From the NCBI GenBank assembly GCA_934130175.1, contig CAKOXP010000003.1, positions 27,494-91,493 of the forward strand: a DNA stretch of 64,000 nt, in the 5' to 3' direction. Every line of letters starts with the position of its first letter. The stretch's first letter is position 1. Positions 30,074-40,151 of the stretch are shown here, piece by piece. A program made the position numbers and the translations under genes. Below the pieces are notes generated by a model. The model ran no database searches and was not told the origin of the DNA. It worked only from the letters and a program-made list of their open reading frames with translations. Origin of the DNA: an uncultured Bacilli bacterium (GTDB lineage Bacteria > Bacillota_I > Bacilli_A > RF39 > UBA660).

Positions 30074-31177
30074 ATGTTAGAAGAAGCAATCAAAATATTA
30101 CATGAAATAAATGAACATGGTTTTAATGCCTATATAATAGGTGGTTTTGTTAGAGATTATTTGCTTGGAATAGATTCTAATGATGTAGATATAACCACTA
30201 ATGCAACACCAAAAGAACTTCAGGAAATATTTAGTGAAGATGTTATAAAAACAACTGATTATGGTAGTATTACATTACTTAGAAAAAAAATTAGATTTGA
30301 AATAACTACTTTCAGAAAAGAAATAAAATATATTGATCATAGAAAACCAATTGAAATAGAATATGTAGATGACTTATATACAGATTTAAAAAGAAGAGAT
30401 TTTACGATAAATTCAATTTGTATGGATGAGTCCAAAGAAATTTTAGATTTTCTAGATGGAAGAACTGATTTAAAAAAGCGTCTTATTAATACTATTGGCG
30501 ATGCTAAAGAAAAGTTTGAGGAAGATAGTTTAAGAATATTACGAGCTATTAGATTTGCAACTATTCTTGACTTTGAATTAAGCGATGAAGTAAAAGAAGC
30601 TATTAATGAAAAGAAACATCTATTAAAGGAATTATCATATAACCGTAAAAAAGAAGAACTTGATAAAATCTTTGCTAGTAGTTATGTAAAAAAGGGTATT
30701 TCTTTATTGTTAGAGTTTGGTCTAGATGAGGAATTAGAATTAACTCGTCTAAAAGATATTAAAAATACAGATTCTTTAATTAGCGTTTGGAGTATTTTAA
30801 ATGTAGGAGATATTTATCCGTTTACAACAAGTGAAAAAGAACTTATAAAAAATATCAATGAGGTAATGAATTTAAATAATATGGATCCAATGACTTTATA
30901 TAAGTATGGATTATATGTTAATTCAGTAGCTGGTGCTATTAAGGGATTAGATAAAAAAGAAATTACAGAGTCATACAATAACTTAATTATTCATTCTAGG
31001 GATGATATTAATATTACAAGTCAAGAAATAATGGATATTTTAGATAAGGAACCAGGTAAATACTTAAGCGATATCTATAATAATTTAGAAGAAGAAATCT
31101 TATATAGCAGATTAATAAATACTAAAGATAATATTGTTAAATATATAGAAAATAATTATAAGAAGATAGAGTGTTAA
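30074..31177 (+). CDS. cca: CCA-adding tRNA nucleotidyltransferase
   Basis: Pol-beta NTase head (GGFVRDYLLGIDSNDVDITT) and the RRDFTINS motif. Confidence 0.85.
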   Translation: MLEEAIKILHEINEHGFNAYIIGGFVRDYLLGIDSNDVDITTNATPKELQEIFSEDVIKTTDYGSITLLRKKIRFEITTFRKEIKYIDHRKPIEIEYVDDLYTDLKRRDFTINSICMDESKEILDFLDGRTDLKKRLINTIGDAKEKFEEDSLRILRAIRFATILDFELSDEVKEAINEKKHLLKELSYNRKKEELDKIFASSYVKKGISLLLEFGLDEELELTRLKDIKNTDSLISVWSILNVGDIYPFTTSEKELIKNINEVMNLNNMDPMTLYKYGLYVNSVAGAIKGLDKKEITESYNNLIIHSRDDINITSQEIMDILDKEPGKYLSDIYNNLEEEILYSRLINTKDNIVKYIENNYKKIEC

Positions 31178-31225
31178 TGAACTGGACCCCAAAAGTTGGA
31201 CAGTTTATTAATAGTTTCAAATTAG

Positions 31226-31268
31226 AGGATTGTAACCTGTAATTTACAAGAGACAATCCTTTTAATTT
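31226..31268 (+). terminator. Long imperfect hairpin terminator after cca
   Basis: AGGATTGT...TGTAA-t-TTACA...ACAATCCT nested inverted repeat followed by a T run. Confidence 0.45.
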
Positions 31269-31476
31269 TACTTTAATTCTATCAAAATTTTAGATATATG
31301 TATCAAAATAATGGGTATCTTTATTTTCCAAGGTATAAAGGTAGAAATCTAAATGATAAGTTATCAAAAAAATACTGGTAAATATTATTTTTCAAGCTTA
31401 AAAAAGCAAATTGATTAACAAAACATATTGTGGTACTATATAATACATAATTTTTCTTGTATGGGGGGTGATATAG

Positions 31477-33117
31477 ATGCCAATTGAAGATAAGATTTCA
31501 AGTTTCATTAAAGATATGGGATATTTGAATGACGAACACGTTTTAGGGGTTTTCTTTTATGGTAGTTATTTAACAGGATTAAATACAGATAATTCTGACA
31601 TTGATTTACATATTATATTTGATAATGAAGACCCTAATCATTTGATTAGAGGAAATAAAATTGTGGATGGAACAAGGATAGAATATTTTGAAAAACCACT
31701 TGAAGATATCTATCAAACAGTCAACGAAGACTATATGAATCAAAATAATGCTACATTGACAATTTTTGGTACTTCAAAAATTATTTATGCAAAAGATAAT
31801 CAACTAAAACAATTACAGGAATATGTAATTAACAAATTTTCTAATCCATTACCTCCATTAAGTGATGATGAAGCTAAAGAACAAGTATCTATTTTAAATA
31901 ATAGAATGGAAAAATTAGAAAAGTATGCAGAAACTAATAATCCACATTTTGAACATTTATATCATTTAACAATCGATAAAATTAGAAGATTTTATCATAA
32001 CTTAATGGGAATACCGAGAATAGAAACATCTAAAGGTTTTAGACTATATACTGATGAAAAATATAGAAATGCATTTTGTATTAATAAAATTCCAGAACAA
32101 ATTTTTATAGAAATGTATTTTAAATTGGTTTCAGATACCAGTTTAGATAAAATTCAAAAATATAACTTATTGAATAAAATGTATGAATTTACGAAGCTTA
32201 ATGTTGTGTTAGAAAATGACTATAGAATACCTATTAAAAGTAGAAACGATGGCTTTGATATTCCTATAATTGAACCAACTATAATTGAGAAACGAGATAC
32301 TATTGAAATCCCACCTACCACTTTAAAAAGAGTATTAAAATTTATTAAAGAAATGGATTATCTAAATAATAACCATTGTTTAGGAGTAATAGTTTATGGA
32401 AGTAGTTTGACTGGCTTTAATACAAATATTTCAGATATTGATTTGCATATAGTATTTGATAATGAGAAACCTGATCGTTTGATTAGGGGAAATAAAATTA
32501 TAGATGGTACTAAAATTGAATATTTTGAAAAACCTATTAAAGATATTTATTTAGAAATTGAAAATGGTTATTTAAATCAAAATAATGCATCTTTTGCAAT
32601 AATTGGTAAAGGCACAATAGTTTTTGAAAGAGATAGTAAATTAAGCTTACTACAACAATATGCGCTAAATAGATTTTCAACACCGATGCCTTGTCTAAGT
32701 GAAGATGATGCTAGAGAACAAGTATCTATTATAAATAATAGGATGGAAAAATTAGAAAAATTTGCTATAAACGATGATCCTAGATTTGAACATTTATCGC
32801 ATTTAACAATCGATAAAATTAGAAAGTTTTATCATAAAAGTATTGGTATTTCCAAAATTCCTACATCAAAAGTTTATAGAATTTATACTGATGAAGATTA
32901 TAGGAATTCAGTGTATAAAGAAAATCCAGAATTAGAATTTGTTAATATGTATTTAAATTTAATTACAACAAATTGTGTAGATAAATTACAAAGATTAGAA
33001 ATGATTAAAGAGTTTTACAACTATGCAACAAGAAATATAAATTTAGGAAATGATTATAGAATTCTTATAAAAAGTAGAAATACGGGAATTAATCAAAAAA
33101 ATGATCAAAAGCATTAA
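31477..33117 (+). CDS. Tandem-duplicated AadA/ANT-like nucleotidyltransferase (two complete NTase plus helical units in one chain)
   Basis: Residues 1-270 and 285-546 are clearly homologous copies (MGYLNDEHVLGVFFYGSYLTGLNTDNSDIDLHIIFDNEDP... versus MDYLNNNHCLGVIVYGSSLTGFNTNISDIDLHIVFDNEKP...). The motif G-S-x(9-10)-SDIDL is the Pol-beta NTase signature of aminoglycoside/lincosamide adenylyltransferases (AadA, ANT(9), Lnu). Strong RBS GGGGGGTGA. Confidence 0.6.
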   Translation: MPIEDKISSFIKDMGYLNDEHVLGVFFYGSYLTGLNTDNSDIDLHIIFDNEDPNHLIRGNKIVDGTRIEYFEKPLEDIYQTVNEDYMNQNNATLTIFGTSKIIYAKDNQLKQLQEYVINKFSNPLPPLSDDEAKEQVSILNNRMEKLEKYAETNNPHFEHLYHLTIDKIRRFYHNLMGIPRIETSKGFRLYTDEKYRNAFCINKIPEQIFIEMYFKLVSDTSLDKIQKYNLLNKMYEFTKLNVVLENDYRIPIKSRNDGFDIPIIEPTIIEKRDTIEIPPTTLKRVLKFIKEMDYLNNNHCLGVIVYGSSLTGFNTNISDIDLHIVFDNEKPDRLIRGNKIIDGTKIEYFEKPIKDIYLEIENGYLNQNNASFAIIGKGTIVFERDSKLSLLQQYALNRFSTPMPCLSEDDAREQVSIINNRMEKLEKFAINDDPRFEHLSHLTIDKIRKFYHKSIGISKIPTSKVYRIYTDEDYRNSVYKENPELEFVNMYLNLITTNCVDKLQRLEMIKEFYNYATRNINLGNDYRILIKSRNTGINQKNDQKH

Positions 33118-33188
33118 TTAATACTCTTTTCTTATCTTTTAATTTTAATTTATTTGTGATAATATAGTAAAAATGAGGAGATGATTTT

Positions 33189-33869
33189 ATGAAAAGTTCT
33201 AAGCTTGTAGAAATGTATAAAGATGGAAATATTGTTATACCATTATTTATATTCAAAAAGTATAAAGAGTTAAAACTAGAACTAAATGAATTCATCCTCT
33301 TAATGTACTTATATAATAAAGGTAATAATATAGTATTTGATCCTAGTAAATTTAGTGAAGAATTAAATATGGGATTAGAAGAAGTAATGGAGATTGTCTC
33401 AAACTTAAGTGATAAAAATCTTTTAAAAGTAGATGTTATAAAAAGTGAAAAGAAGATTATGGAAGAGCTTATTCAATTAGATGGTTTTTATAACAAATTA
33501 GCGCTACTTACTATGGAAGAAGTTAATAATACTAGTGAAGCATCTTCAAGTAATGTTTTTGAAATTGTAGAAAAGGAATTTGGAAGGACATTAAGTCCAA
33601 TAGAATATGAAATTATTCAGGCTTGGTTAGATAATGGAATTAGTGAAGAATTAATTACTGAAGCTTTAAAAGAAGCTACTTTTAATGGCGTTTCTAATTT
33701 GAGATACATTGATAAGATTTTGTATGAATGGGGTAAAGATGGAGTTAAGACTAAAGAAGATGTAGAAAAGCGAAAATTAAAGAGAAATAAAAAGATTAAA
33801 AAGGAAGAAGAGGCAAAGGACTTAGATTTAGATATTATGGAATGGGATTGGTTCGATGACGAAGAGTAA
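33189..33869 (+). CDS. dnaD: DnaD-domain replication initiation / membrane attachment protein
   Basis: N-terminal winged-helix-like region plus the C-terminal DnaD-like domain (LSPIEYEIIQAWLDNGISEELITEALKEA). Sits immediately upstream of nth as in B. subtilis. Confidence 0.75.
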   Translation: MKSSKLVEMYKDGNIVIPLFIFKKYKELKLELNEFILLMYLYNKGNNIVFDPSKFSEELNMGLEEVMEIVSNLSDKNLLKVDVIKSEKKIMEELIQLDGFYNKLALLTMEEVNNTSEASSSNVFEIVEKEFGRTLSPIEYEIIQAWLDNGISEELITEALKEATFNGVSNLRYIDKILYEWGKDGVKTKEDVEKRKLKRNKKIKKEEEAKDLDLDIMEWDWFDDEE

Positions 33870-34479
33870 ACTAATAAGAGAATATTTAGATGAATTATTT
33901 CCGAATCCTAAATGTGAATTGAATTATAACAATGATTATGAGTTGTTGATTGCTATATGTTTAAGTGCTCAAACTACTGATAAAAGAGTTAATGAAGTAA
34001 CAAAAGTTTTATTTGAAAAATATCCAAGATTAGAGGATATGAAAAATGCAGATGTTAAAGATTTGGAACAAATTATTAGGCCATTAGGTTCTTTCCACAA
34101 AAAAAGTTGTTATGTAAAAGAGTTATCCACTATTATTGTGGATAAATATTCATCCGTTGTACCAACGGCTAGAACTGATTTAGAAAGTCTACCTGGTGTA
34201 GGAAGAAAAACCGTTAATGTCTTTTTAGGAGAGTTTTATAACTATCCAGCTATTGCTGTTGATACACATGTAGAACGAGTTAGTAAAAGACTTAGAATTG
34301 CTAAAAAAGATAGTAATGTGAAAGAAGTAGAAGAAAAACTAATGAAGTTTTATCCTAAAAAAGAATGGGCAAAAAGACATCTACAAATGGTTTTATTTGG
34401 AAGGTATTACTGCAAAGCAATTAAACCATTATGTGAAAATTGCAAATTAAAAGAATATTGCAAAGAAAAAAGAAAGTAA
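33856..34479 (+). CDS. nth: Endonuclease III
   Basis: HhH-GPD motif (LPGVGRKTVNVFL) and the C-terminal 4Fe-4S cluster C-x6-C-x2-C-x5-C. Confidence 0.9.
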   Translation: MTKSKLIREYLDELFPNPKCELNYNNDYELLIAICLSAQTTDKRVNEVTKVLFEKYPRLEDMKNADVKDLEQIIRPLGSFHKKSCYVKELSTIIVDKYSSVVPTARTDLESLPGVGRKTVNVFLGEFYNYPAIAVDTHVERVSKRLRIAKKDSNVKEVEEKLMKFYPKKEWAKRHLQMVLFGRYYCKAIKPLCENCKLKEYCKEKRK

Positions 34480-34503
34480 ATTTTAAACTTTCTTTTTTTT
34501 AAT

Positions 34504-37338
34504 TTATGGAGTTGTAGGAACAGTTGGTGTAGTAGGATCAGGATCCTCACCACTAGAATCAGCTGTAATAGTATAGTTAACACTAGCATTATATGATTTA
34601 TTATTATATGAAATTAAATACTTAACTGTACATGTTTTTGCAGTTGTAAACTTAATTCCATCATGACAATCACTAGTTCCATCTACTTTAATTGATGTAG
34701 GAGTAACAGCATTAGAATTAACTTTAAATGTACATGTATTTGTAGGAATAGTATCACCTACTTTGAATGCTGTCTGAGTGCATGCAAATGTTGTAACTTC
34801 AGCTTTTTGTTCTTCTTTTAATTGATATGTAGCAGCATCACTTTGAGCTCCACTATAACTTTTGTATGTTGCAACAACTTTATATGTATCATAAGGAGTT
34901 GCAGTTTTAAATGTATATGATGTTCCTGATGTAAATGTTAATAATCTATTACCTTGATATACATTATATCCAAAATCACCATATCCTTCATCTTTTTCTA
35001 ACTTACTAACACCATTCCATGTAATTGTAACTTTGTCACCACTATATGATACCTTTAATCCTGTTGGAGTATTAAGTTTAGTAGCAGTAACTTTTTCTGG
35101 TTCTTTTCCTTTTTTGAAATATTCATAAGTAATTGAACCACCATAACCATCTTCAGCTACTTGAGGAGGATTTGAACCTGTGATAATTCCAAGTTTAACA
35201 ACACTGTCAGGCATCTTGAAATCATCATTATCATTTTTCATAACCCCTCTTGCAAGAGCTAAGAATAATTTATCTTTTTGAATAGTAGCAGGAATATTTC
35301 TTAAAACATATTCACCATTTTTATCAATATAATCATATCCATACCACATACCAATAACAGTTTTTGTTGTATAACCAACAACCCATGAATCTCTGATAGC
35401 GTCGCTAGGCATATGATTATTTCTCATTGTAGCTTCATCATAGTTTGTAGTACCGGTTTTTGCAGCAATATTATGAGGTTTACCACCTGTCATTGAAACA
35501 TCTTGTAAAACACTTGAAATCATATAGGCTGTAGCATCACTCATTACTTTTTTAGATTTATCTTTATGTTCTTTGGTTTTACCAGTATCACGGAATACTA
35601 TCTTAGATACTGAATATGGTTCATGATAAGTTCCACCATTAGAGAAGGCGGCATAAGCAGCACTCATTTGCAAAGGAGAAACTCCTGTGAATGCTCCAAT
35701 TGCATGTGCTTCATGAATTCTACCATTTGAAATTTCTGGTGTTATTCCAAGACCTGTAACAAACTCTATAATTTTGGCATTATCAACTTGTTGGAAAGCT
35801 TTTAAAGCAGGAATATTACGAGAAGTTGATAATGCTCTTCTTAAAGTAATAGTTCCAAAATATCCACCATCCCAGTTCTTTATTGATTGTCCATTTGAAT
35901 AAGAATAAGGAGCATCATCAAATAAAGTATAAGTAGACCAATCGTTGTATTCAATACCTGGGCCATAATCAAATAATGGTTTAGCAGTAGAACCAGGTTG
36001 TCTCTTAATCTTTGTTGCATAGTTATAAGTAGAAGCACCGCTTCTGTTACGACCAGCACCAACAGCTAAAATTTTACCAGTAGCTGTATCCAAAACAGAT
36101 ACACCGGTTTGAACTTTATCATTAATCCAAGTATATGTATTTCCATCTAAAACATCATTAACAGCATCTTGTTTACTACGATCCATATTAGTATAGATTA
36201 ATACAGGAGTAGTATAAGCATTAACTCCATAAGTATCTTTAACTTCTTCAACAACAGTATCAACATATCCTTGATATTTAGAAGTAGAAGCATTTTCTGT
36301 CTCAGCAGTTAAACTTTCAACAGGAACACTTTTAGCTAAGTTGTATTGTTCTTCAGTAATATAACCATGTTTTTTCATTAAGTATAAAACTGTATTTCTT
36401 CTAGCAGTAGCATTTTTAGGATTAACATTAGGTCTATAGAAGTTAGGAGATTTAAACATACCAGCAAGTATTGCAGCTTCACTTAAATTTAAATCAGCAA
36501 CATCTTTTCCAAAATATACTAAAGATGCTTCTTGTACTCCATAGATGTTTCCACCTAAGAAGTGATTGTTAACATAAAACTCTATAATTTCTTCTTTTGA
36601 ATAAGTTTTTTCTAGTTTAAACACAGCTAAATAAATATCTGTAAATTTACGAATAATACCTTGCAAACCACTTGCTTCAGTAGAAGTAAATGTGTTTTTA
36701 ATAACTTGCATTGATAAAGTAGAAGCACCACCAGCATCAGAATGTCCAAGGACTTGTCCAACACTAGCTTTCATGAATCTAGCAGCATCAAAACCATTAT
36801 GTTGATAAAATCTTGAATCTTCTGTTGCGATAATAGCATCAACTAAAACTTGAGGAAGTTCATTATATTTAACTTTATCTCTCATTTCAGCACCAAGTTT
36901 TATCATTTCTTTACCATCTTTATCATAAAGAACAGTTGATTCCTTTTTATCTAGTTCTTTAACATTAAACTCTGGGGCTTTAATAGTTACATAAACTAAG
37001 AATGCTCCAAAGAAAATTAAAGCAAGAATTCCAAGTGCTAAGAATAGAATCAGTAAAATATTTACAATTTTTCTTTTCTTACTATTCTTCTGAGCCGAAT
37101 CTATTAATTTAGCAATACCTATAATTACTAAAACCATAAAGGCGGTTATAAGTGTAAATATAAATCCTAAGTTTATAAAACACAAAACTAACAGGATTAC
37201 TAAAATTATAGAAAGTACTATTTTAGCACTATTAGGTAATTTAGCTGGATCAACATTAATCCTTGATTTTATATTTTTCTTATTTATTTTTTTGGTTCTA
37301 CTATTCGAACTATTTTTATTTACTCGTTTCTTTTCCAT
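34504..37338 (-). CDS. ponA: Class A penicillin-binding protein 1A (bifunctional glycosyltransferase/transpeptidase) with C-terminal FN3-like and Cys-rich extension
   Basis: GT51 motifs (EDSRFYQHNGFD, RKF), transpeptidase SxxK (STAKP), SxN and KTGT. The C-terminus has a FN3-like beta domain and a Cys-rich Thr/Pro tail. Overlaps recU by 23 nt as in Bacilli. Confidence 0.9.
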   Translation of the reverse strand: MEKKRVNKNSSNSRTKKINKKNIKSRINVDPAKLPNSAKIVLSIILVILLVLCFINLGFIFTLITAFMVLVIIGIAKLIDSAQKNSKKRKIVNILLILFLALGILALIFFGAFLVYVTIKAPEFNVKELDKKESTVLYDKDGKEMIKLGAEMRDKVKYNELPQVLVDAIIATEDSRFYQHNGFDAARFMKASVGQVLGHSDAGGASTLSMQVIKNTFTSTEASGLQGIIRKFTDIYLAVFKLEKTYSKEEIIEFYVNNHFLGGNIYGVQEASLVYFGKDVADLNLSEAAILAGMFKSPNFYRPNVNPKNATARRNTVLYLMKKHGYITEEQYNLAKSVPVESLTAETENASTSKYQGYVDTVVEEVKDTYGVNAYTTPVLIYTNMDRSKQDAVNDVLDGNTYTWINDKVQTGVSVLDTATGKILAVGAGRNRSGASTYNYATKIKRQPGSTAKPLFDYGPGIEYNDWSTYTLFDDAPYSYSNGQSIKNWDGGYFGTITLRRALSTSRNIPALKAFQQVDNAKIIEFVTGLGITPEISNGRIHEAHAIGAFTGVSPLQMSAAYAAFSNGGTYHEPYSVSKIVFRDTGKTKEHKDKSKKVMSDATAYMISSVLQDVSMTGGKPHNIAAKTGTTNYDEATMRNNHMPSDAIRDSWVVGYTTKTVIGMWYGYDYIDKNGEYVLRNIPATIQKDKLFLALARGVMKNDNDDFKMPDSVVKLGIITGSNPPQVAEDGYGGSITYEYFKKGKEPEKVTATKLNTPTGLKVSYSGDKVTITWNGVSKLEKDEGYGDFGYNVYQGNRLLTFTSGTSYTFKTATPYDTYKVVATYKSYSGAQSDAATYQLKEEQKAEVTTFACTQTAFKVGDTIPTNTCTFKVNSNAVTPTSIKVDGTSDCHDGIKFTTAKTCTVKYLISYNNKSYNASVNYTITADSSGEDPDPTTPTVPTTP

Positions 37339-37906
37339 GAGTTACCTCCATATATTTATCAACTATTTCTAAATAATCAATTCTAGGTTGAAGTTTAAAT
37401 TTAATTAAATGTCCCTTTTCTTTGAAATAGGTAAGTGGAATAGATTTTCTATCATTACTTTCTAAAAATGCAAAAAAATCATCTACCATCAAAAGAAAAG
37501 TTAAATCTAAATAAGTAAATCTAACAATTAAAAAAGCAATACCACCATGATTATAAATAGCTTTTAAGTGTTTTATTTGATGGGGATGAATGTTATTTAA
37601 AGCAAAAGAAGTTTTACTTTTAGTTTCCTTAGCTTCAAAATCTATATATTTCCCCTTATATATTCCATTATAATCAGTTGTTGATGGCTCTGTAAAATAG
37701 GCTTCCTTAATAGTTACTAATTTTCTAGAATGATAATCAACATCTACTATTTTTATAGGAGTAGGCTTTTTATAAATAAAAGCTCTATCTATATTTCTAT
37801 AGTATTCATTGGTGATATTTAAATCATTTTCTAAATCCATACCTCTATTACCATAGTTAGTATAGTGTGTAGTTGCCTTCTTTTTAATACCATTAGGATA
37901 ATTCAT
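37316..37906 (-). CDS. recU: Holliday junction resolvase RecU
   Basis: GMDLENDLNITNEYY...YIDFEAKET...; RecU family, operonic with ponA. Confidence 0.88.
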   Translation of the reverse strand: MNYPNGIKKKATTHYTNYGNRGMDLENDLNITNEYYRNIDRAFIYKKPTPIKIVDVDYHSRKLVTIKEAYFTEPSTTDYNGIYKGKYIDFEAKETKSKTSFALNNIHPHQIKHLKAIYNHGGIAFLIVRFTYLDLTFLLMVDDFFAFLESNDRKSIPLTYFKEKGHLIKFKLQPRIDYLEIVDKYMEVTHGKETSK

Positions 37907-38213
37907 ATTACCACCTATTTTTTATTATACTATATAAAAGAAATTTTTGCTATAGATTTAGATAGGAAATTTTAGTAAAAAAATTGATAGGTTTTGTCGA
38001 ATTTAAGACAAAATACGTATCATTATTATAGAATATTTTTAAGGGAGGAAAAACATGAAAAATATGGAAGTTATTCTACTTATAAATAAAATGTTGGAAA
38101 ATACAAGATATATAAAGAACAAAAGTATCTTAACTAGTACTAAATTTGAAAGATGAGAATTGACAAAAATCTACAATATTGTATAATAATGATATAAGGG
38201 ATTGGTGATTACA

Positions 38214-38543
38214 ATGTATCAGAACAAGATAGAACTTTCTCCACAAGATATCCTTGAAAAAGAGTTTAAAATAGATACTCGTGGATATCGTTTAAAAGAA
38301 GTTGATCAATATCTAGATATCATTATTAATGATTATGAAAAATTCTATACCATTATTAATGATTTAGAAAAAGAAAAAGCTGATTTACTTGGAGAAATAA
38401 TGAATCTTAAACAAGAGATTAGAAATATGAAAATGAATGCAGAAATTGCCAGAACAAATAGTGATATGCCCGAAGTAACTAATGTAGATCTATTACGTAG
38501 ACTATCTAAATTAGAGAAAATGGTATATGGTAAAGATGAATAA
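38214..38543 (+). CDS. gpsB: Cell-cycle protein GpsB (DivIVA-domain)
   Basis: LSPQDILEKEFKIDTRGYRLKEVDQYLDIIINDYE matches the GpsB/DivIVA N-terminal domain; about 110 aa; sits directly upstream of rnpB as in B. subtilis. Confidence 0.8.
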   Translation: MYQNKIELSPQDILEKEFKIDTRGYRLKEVDQYLDIIINDYEKFYTIINDLEKEKADLLGEIMNLKQEIRNMKMNAEIARTNSDMPEVTNVDLLRRLSKLEKMVYGKDE

Positions 38544-38890
38544 TACTTTGACAAACGCTATATTTTTGATATAGAGGAAAGTCCATGCTCACACGTTCTG
38601 AAATGAACGTAGTGTTCGTGTTCAGGAAAAAAATAACCTGAAGTAGAGAAAACTCTAACGGCGAAGTAAAGACCTAAGTCTTTAAGATATGGTCTTCTTC
38701 TGAAAAGTGCCGCAGTGACGATGTTTTAGGAAACTAAAAAGTGAAACGTGGTAAACCCCGCGAGTGAGAAACCCAAATTATGGTAGGGGAGCTTTGATTA
38801 GGGAATAACAACCGAGTCAGGGACTGAGCAATCAGTAGATAAATGTTTGTCGCCTAGTAATAGGTACAGAACATGGCTTATAAAGTATTA
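38543..38890 (+). ncRNA. rnpB: RNase P RNA, type B (Bacillus type)
   Basis: P4 strands GAGGAAAGTCCATGCTC (about 38573) and ACAGAACATGGCTTA (about 38866). P1 pairing AATACTTT/AAAGTATT at the ends, followed by T9. Internal GGTAAACCCC and GAAACCCAAAT conserved modules are present. Confidence 0.85.
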
Positions 38891-38922
38891 TTTTTTTTTA
38901 ATTTGTAAAAGAGGTGTTATGT

Positions 38923-39417
38923 GTGAAAGAATTAGGAGAGTACTTAAAAGACGTAAGAATAAACAATGGTGTTAGTCTTGAAGAAGCAGCTGAAGATAAT
39001 GAACTTTCTGCATCACAACTGGAAAATATAGAAAATGGAAACATAAAAGCTTTCAAAGATGTTTATAAATTAAAAGAATATATGAAAAATTATGCTAAAT
39101 ACTTAGGATTAGATCCTAATGAAGTGGCAGATGAGTTTAATGAATTTTTATTTGAACATACATCAAAGATTTCGTTAGATGATATTTTGGAAGCAAAAAA
39201 AAGAATTGAAGAGAAAGAAGAAAAGAAAATTCAATCTCCATATACTAAAGAATACAAAGAAAAATTTAATTATAGACCATTAATATATACAGTAGGAATT
39301 ATAGCTATAATAATTATTCTTGGATATTTAATTTTTACATTATTAAATAAAAAACCAGTTCATAATGAAGTTTTAAGAGGTATAAATAAGGAGGATGTTT
39401 ATGAATTTGCCTACTAA
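38923..39417 (+). CDS. RodZ-like HTH membrane protein (YmfM-like)
   Basis: N-terminal XRE-type HTH (LGEYLKDVRINNGVSLEEAAE), a linker and one TM helix near the C-terminus. Position upstream of pgsA-recA matches B. subtilis ymfM. GTG 38923 with AGAGG 9 nt upstream. Confidence 0.6.
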   Translation: MKELGEYLKDVRINNGVSLEEAAEDNELSASQLENIENGNIKAFKDVYKLKEYMKNYAKYLGLDPNEVADEFNEFLFEHTSKISLDDILEAKKRIEEKEEKKIQSPYTKEYKEKFNYRPLIYTVGIIAIIIILGYLIFTLLNKKPVHNEVLRGINKEDVYEFAY

Positions 39418-40006
39418 ATTAACAGTGTTAAGAATTATCTTAACATTTGTCGTAATATTTATTTTGACATTTCCATTCTATACGGTTGGTATTGAGTGGC
39501 CTAAATACTTAGTAATGGGAGTAGCAGTAAAAATCCAATATGTAGTAGCCGGAGTTATATTCATAATTGCTAGTATTACAGATTTTGTTGATGGATATTT
39601 AGCAAGAAAAAATCATCAAGTAACAGATACAGGAAAAATGTTAGATGCTATTGCTGATAAAATTTTAGTTGATTCAGTATTAATAATTTTAGCATCTCAA
39701 GGGTTTATTTCAGTTATTGTTCCTGTTGTTATTGTTCTAAGAGATATCGTAGTTGATGCTATAAAAATGGAAGCAGCAGCTAAAGGAAAAGTAGTTGCAG
39801 CAATTAAAAGTGGAAAAATTAAAACAGCAACTTTAATGGTTGGAACAGTTTTAACTTTCTTTTATAATCTTCCGTTTGAAGCATGGAATATAAGAGTTTC
39901 TGATTTCTTCTTATATTTTGCAACAATAATGGCTATTATTTCAGCTATTGAATATTTTGTTTTAAATAAAAATATTATTTTTCCTAAGGAAGAAGTTTTA
40001 AATTAG
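39401..40006 (+). CDS. pgsA: CDP-diacylglycerol--glycerol-3-phosphate 3-phosphatidyltransferase
   Basis: CDP-alcohol phosphatidyltransferase motif DFVDGYLARKNHQVTDTGKMLDAIADK; about 200 aa, 4-5 TM helices. Confidence 0.85.
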   Translation: MNLPTKLTVLRIILTFVVIFILTFPFYTVGIEWPKYLVMGVAVKIQYVVAGVIFIIASITDFVDGYLARKNHQVTDTGKMLDAIADKILVDSVLIILASQGFISVIVPVVIVLRDIVVDAIKMEAAAKGKVVAAIKSGKIKTATLMVGTVLTFFYNLPFEAWNIRVSDFFLYFATIMAIISAIEYFVLNKNIIFPKEEVLN

Positions 40007-40070
40007 ACTATAATATAAATAGATAGAATTTCTTATTTAAAAGTAAGAAATTTTATTTTTAAGTAAAATA

Positions 40071-40083
40071 AAACAATTGTTCG
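40071..40083 (+). promoter_or_regulatory. Degenerate LexA (Cheo-box-like) candidate upstream of recA
   Basis: AAACAATTGTTCG compared with GAAC-N4-GTTC: the left half-site has one mismatch. Lies about 70 nt upstream of the recA start. Confidence 0.25.
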
Positions 40084-40151
40084 AAAAATGCTTGCAATTT
40101 TCTAAAAAATAAGTTAAGATTATATTGTAAGCGATTTGCAAGGAGGAAAAT

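Noticed and set aside
35880-36062. Antisense small ORFs inside ponA and many similar ORFs of 60-100 aa opposite known genes (for example 11579-11833, 18145-18375, 20884-21099, 24441-24623, 40517-40741, 41655-41966, 44109-44369, 47946-48194, 53568-53783, 54786-55010, 56596-56907, 57118-57411, 58881-59078, 59502-59753, 60653-60952, 61820-62068, 62291-62539)
   Set aside because: Each is fully contained within a longer, motif-supported CDS on the opposite strand, lacks an RBS, and has the skewed composition expected from reading AT-rich coding DNA in reverse.
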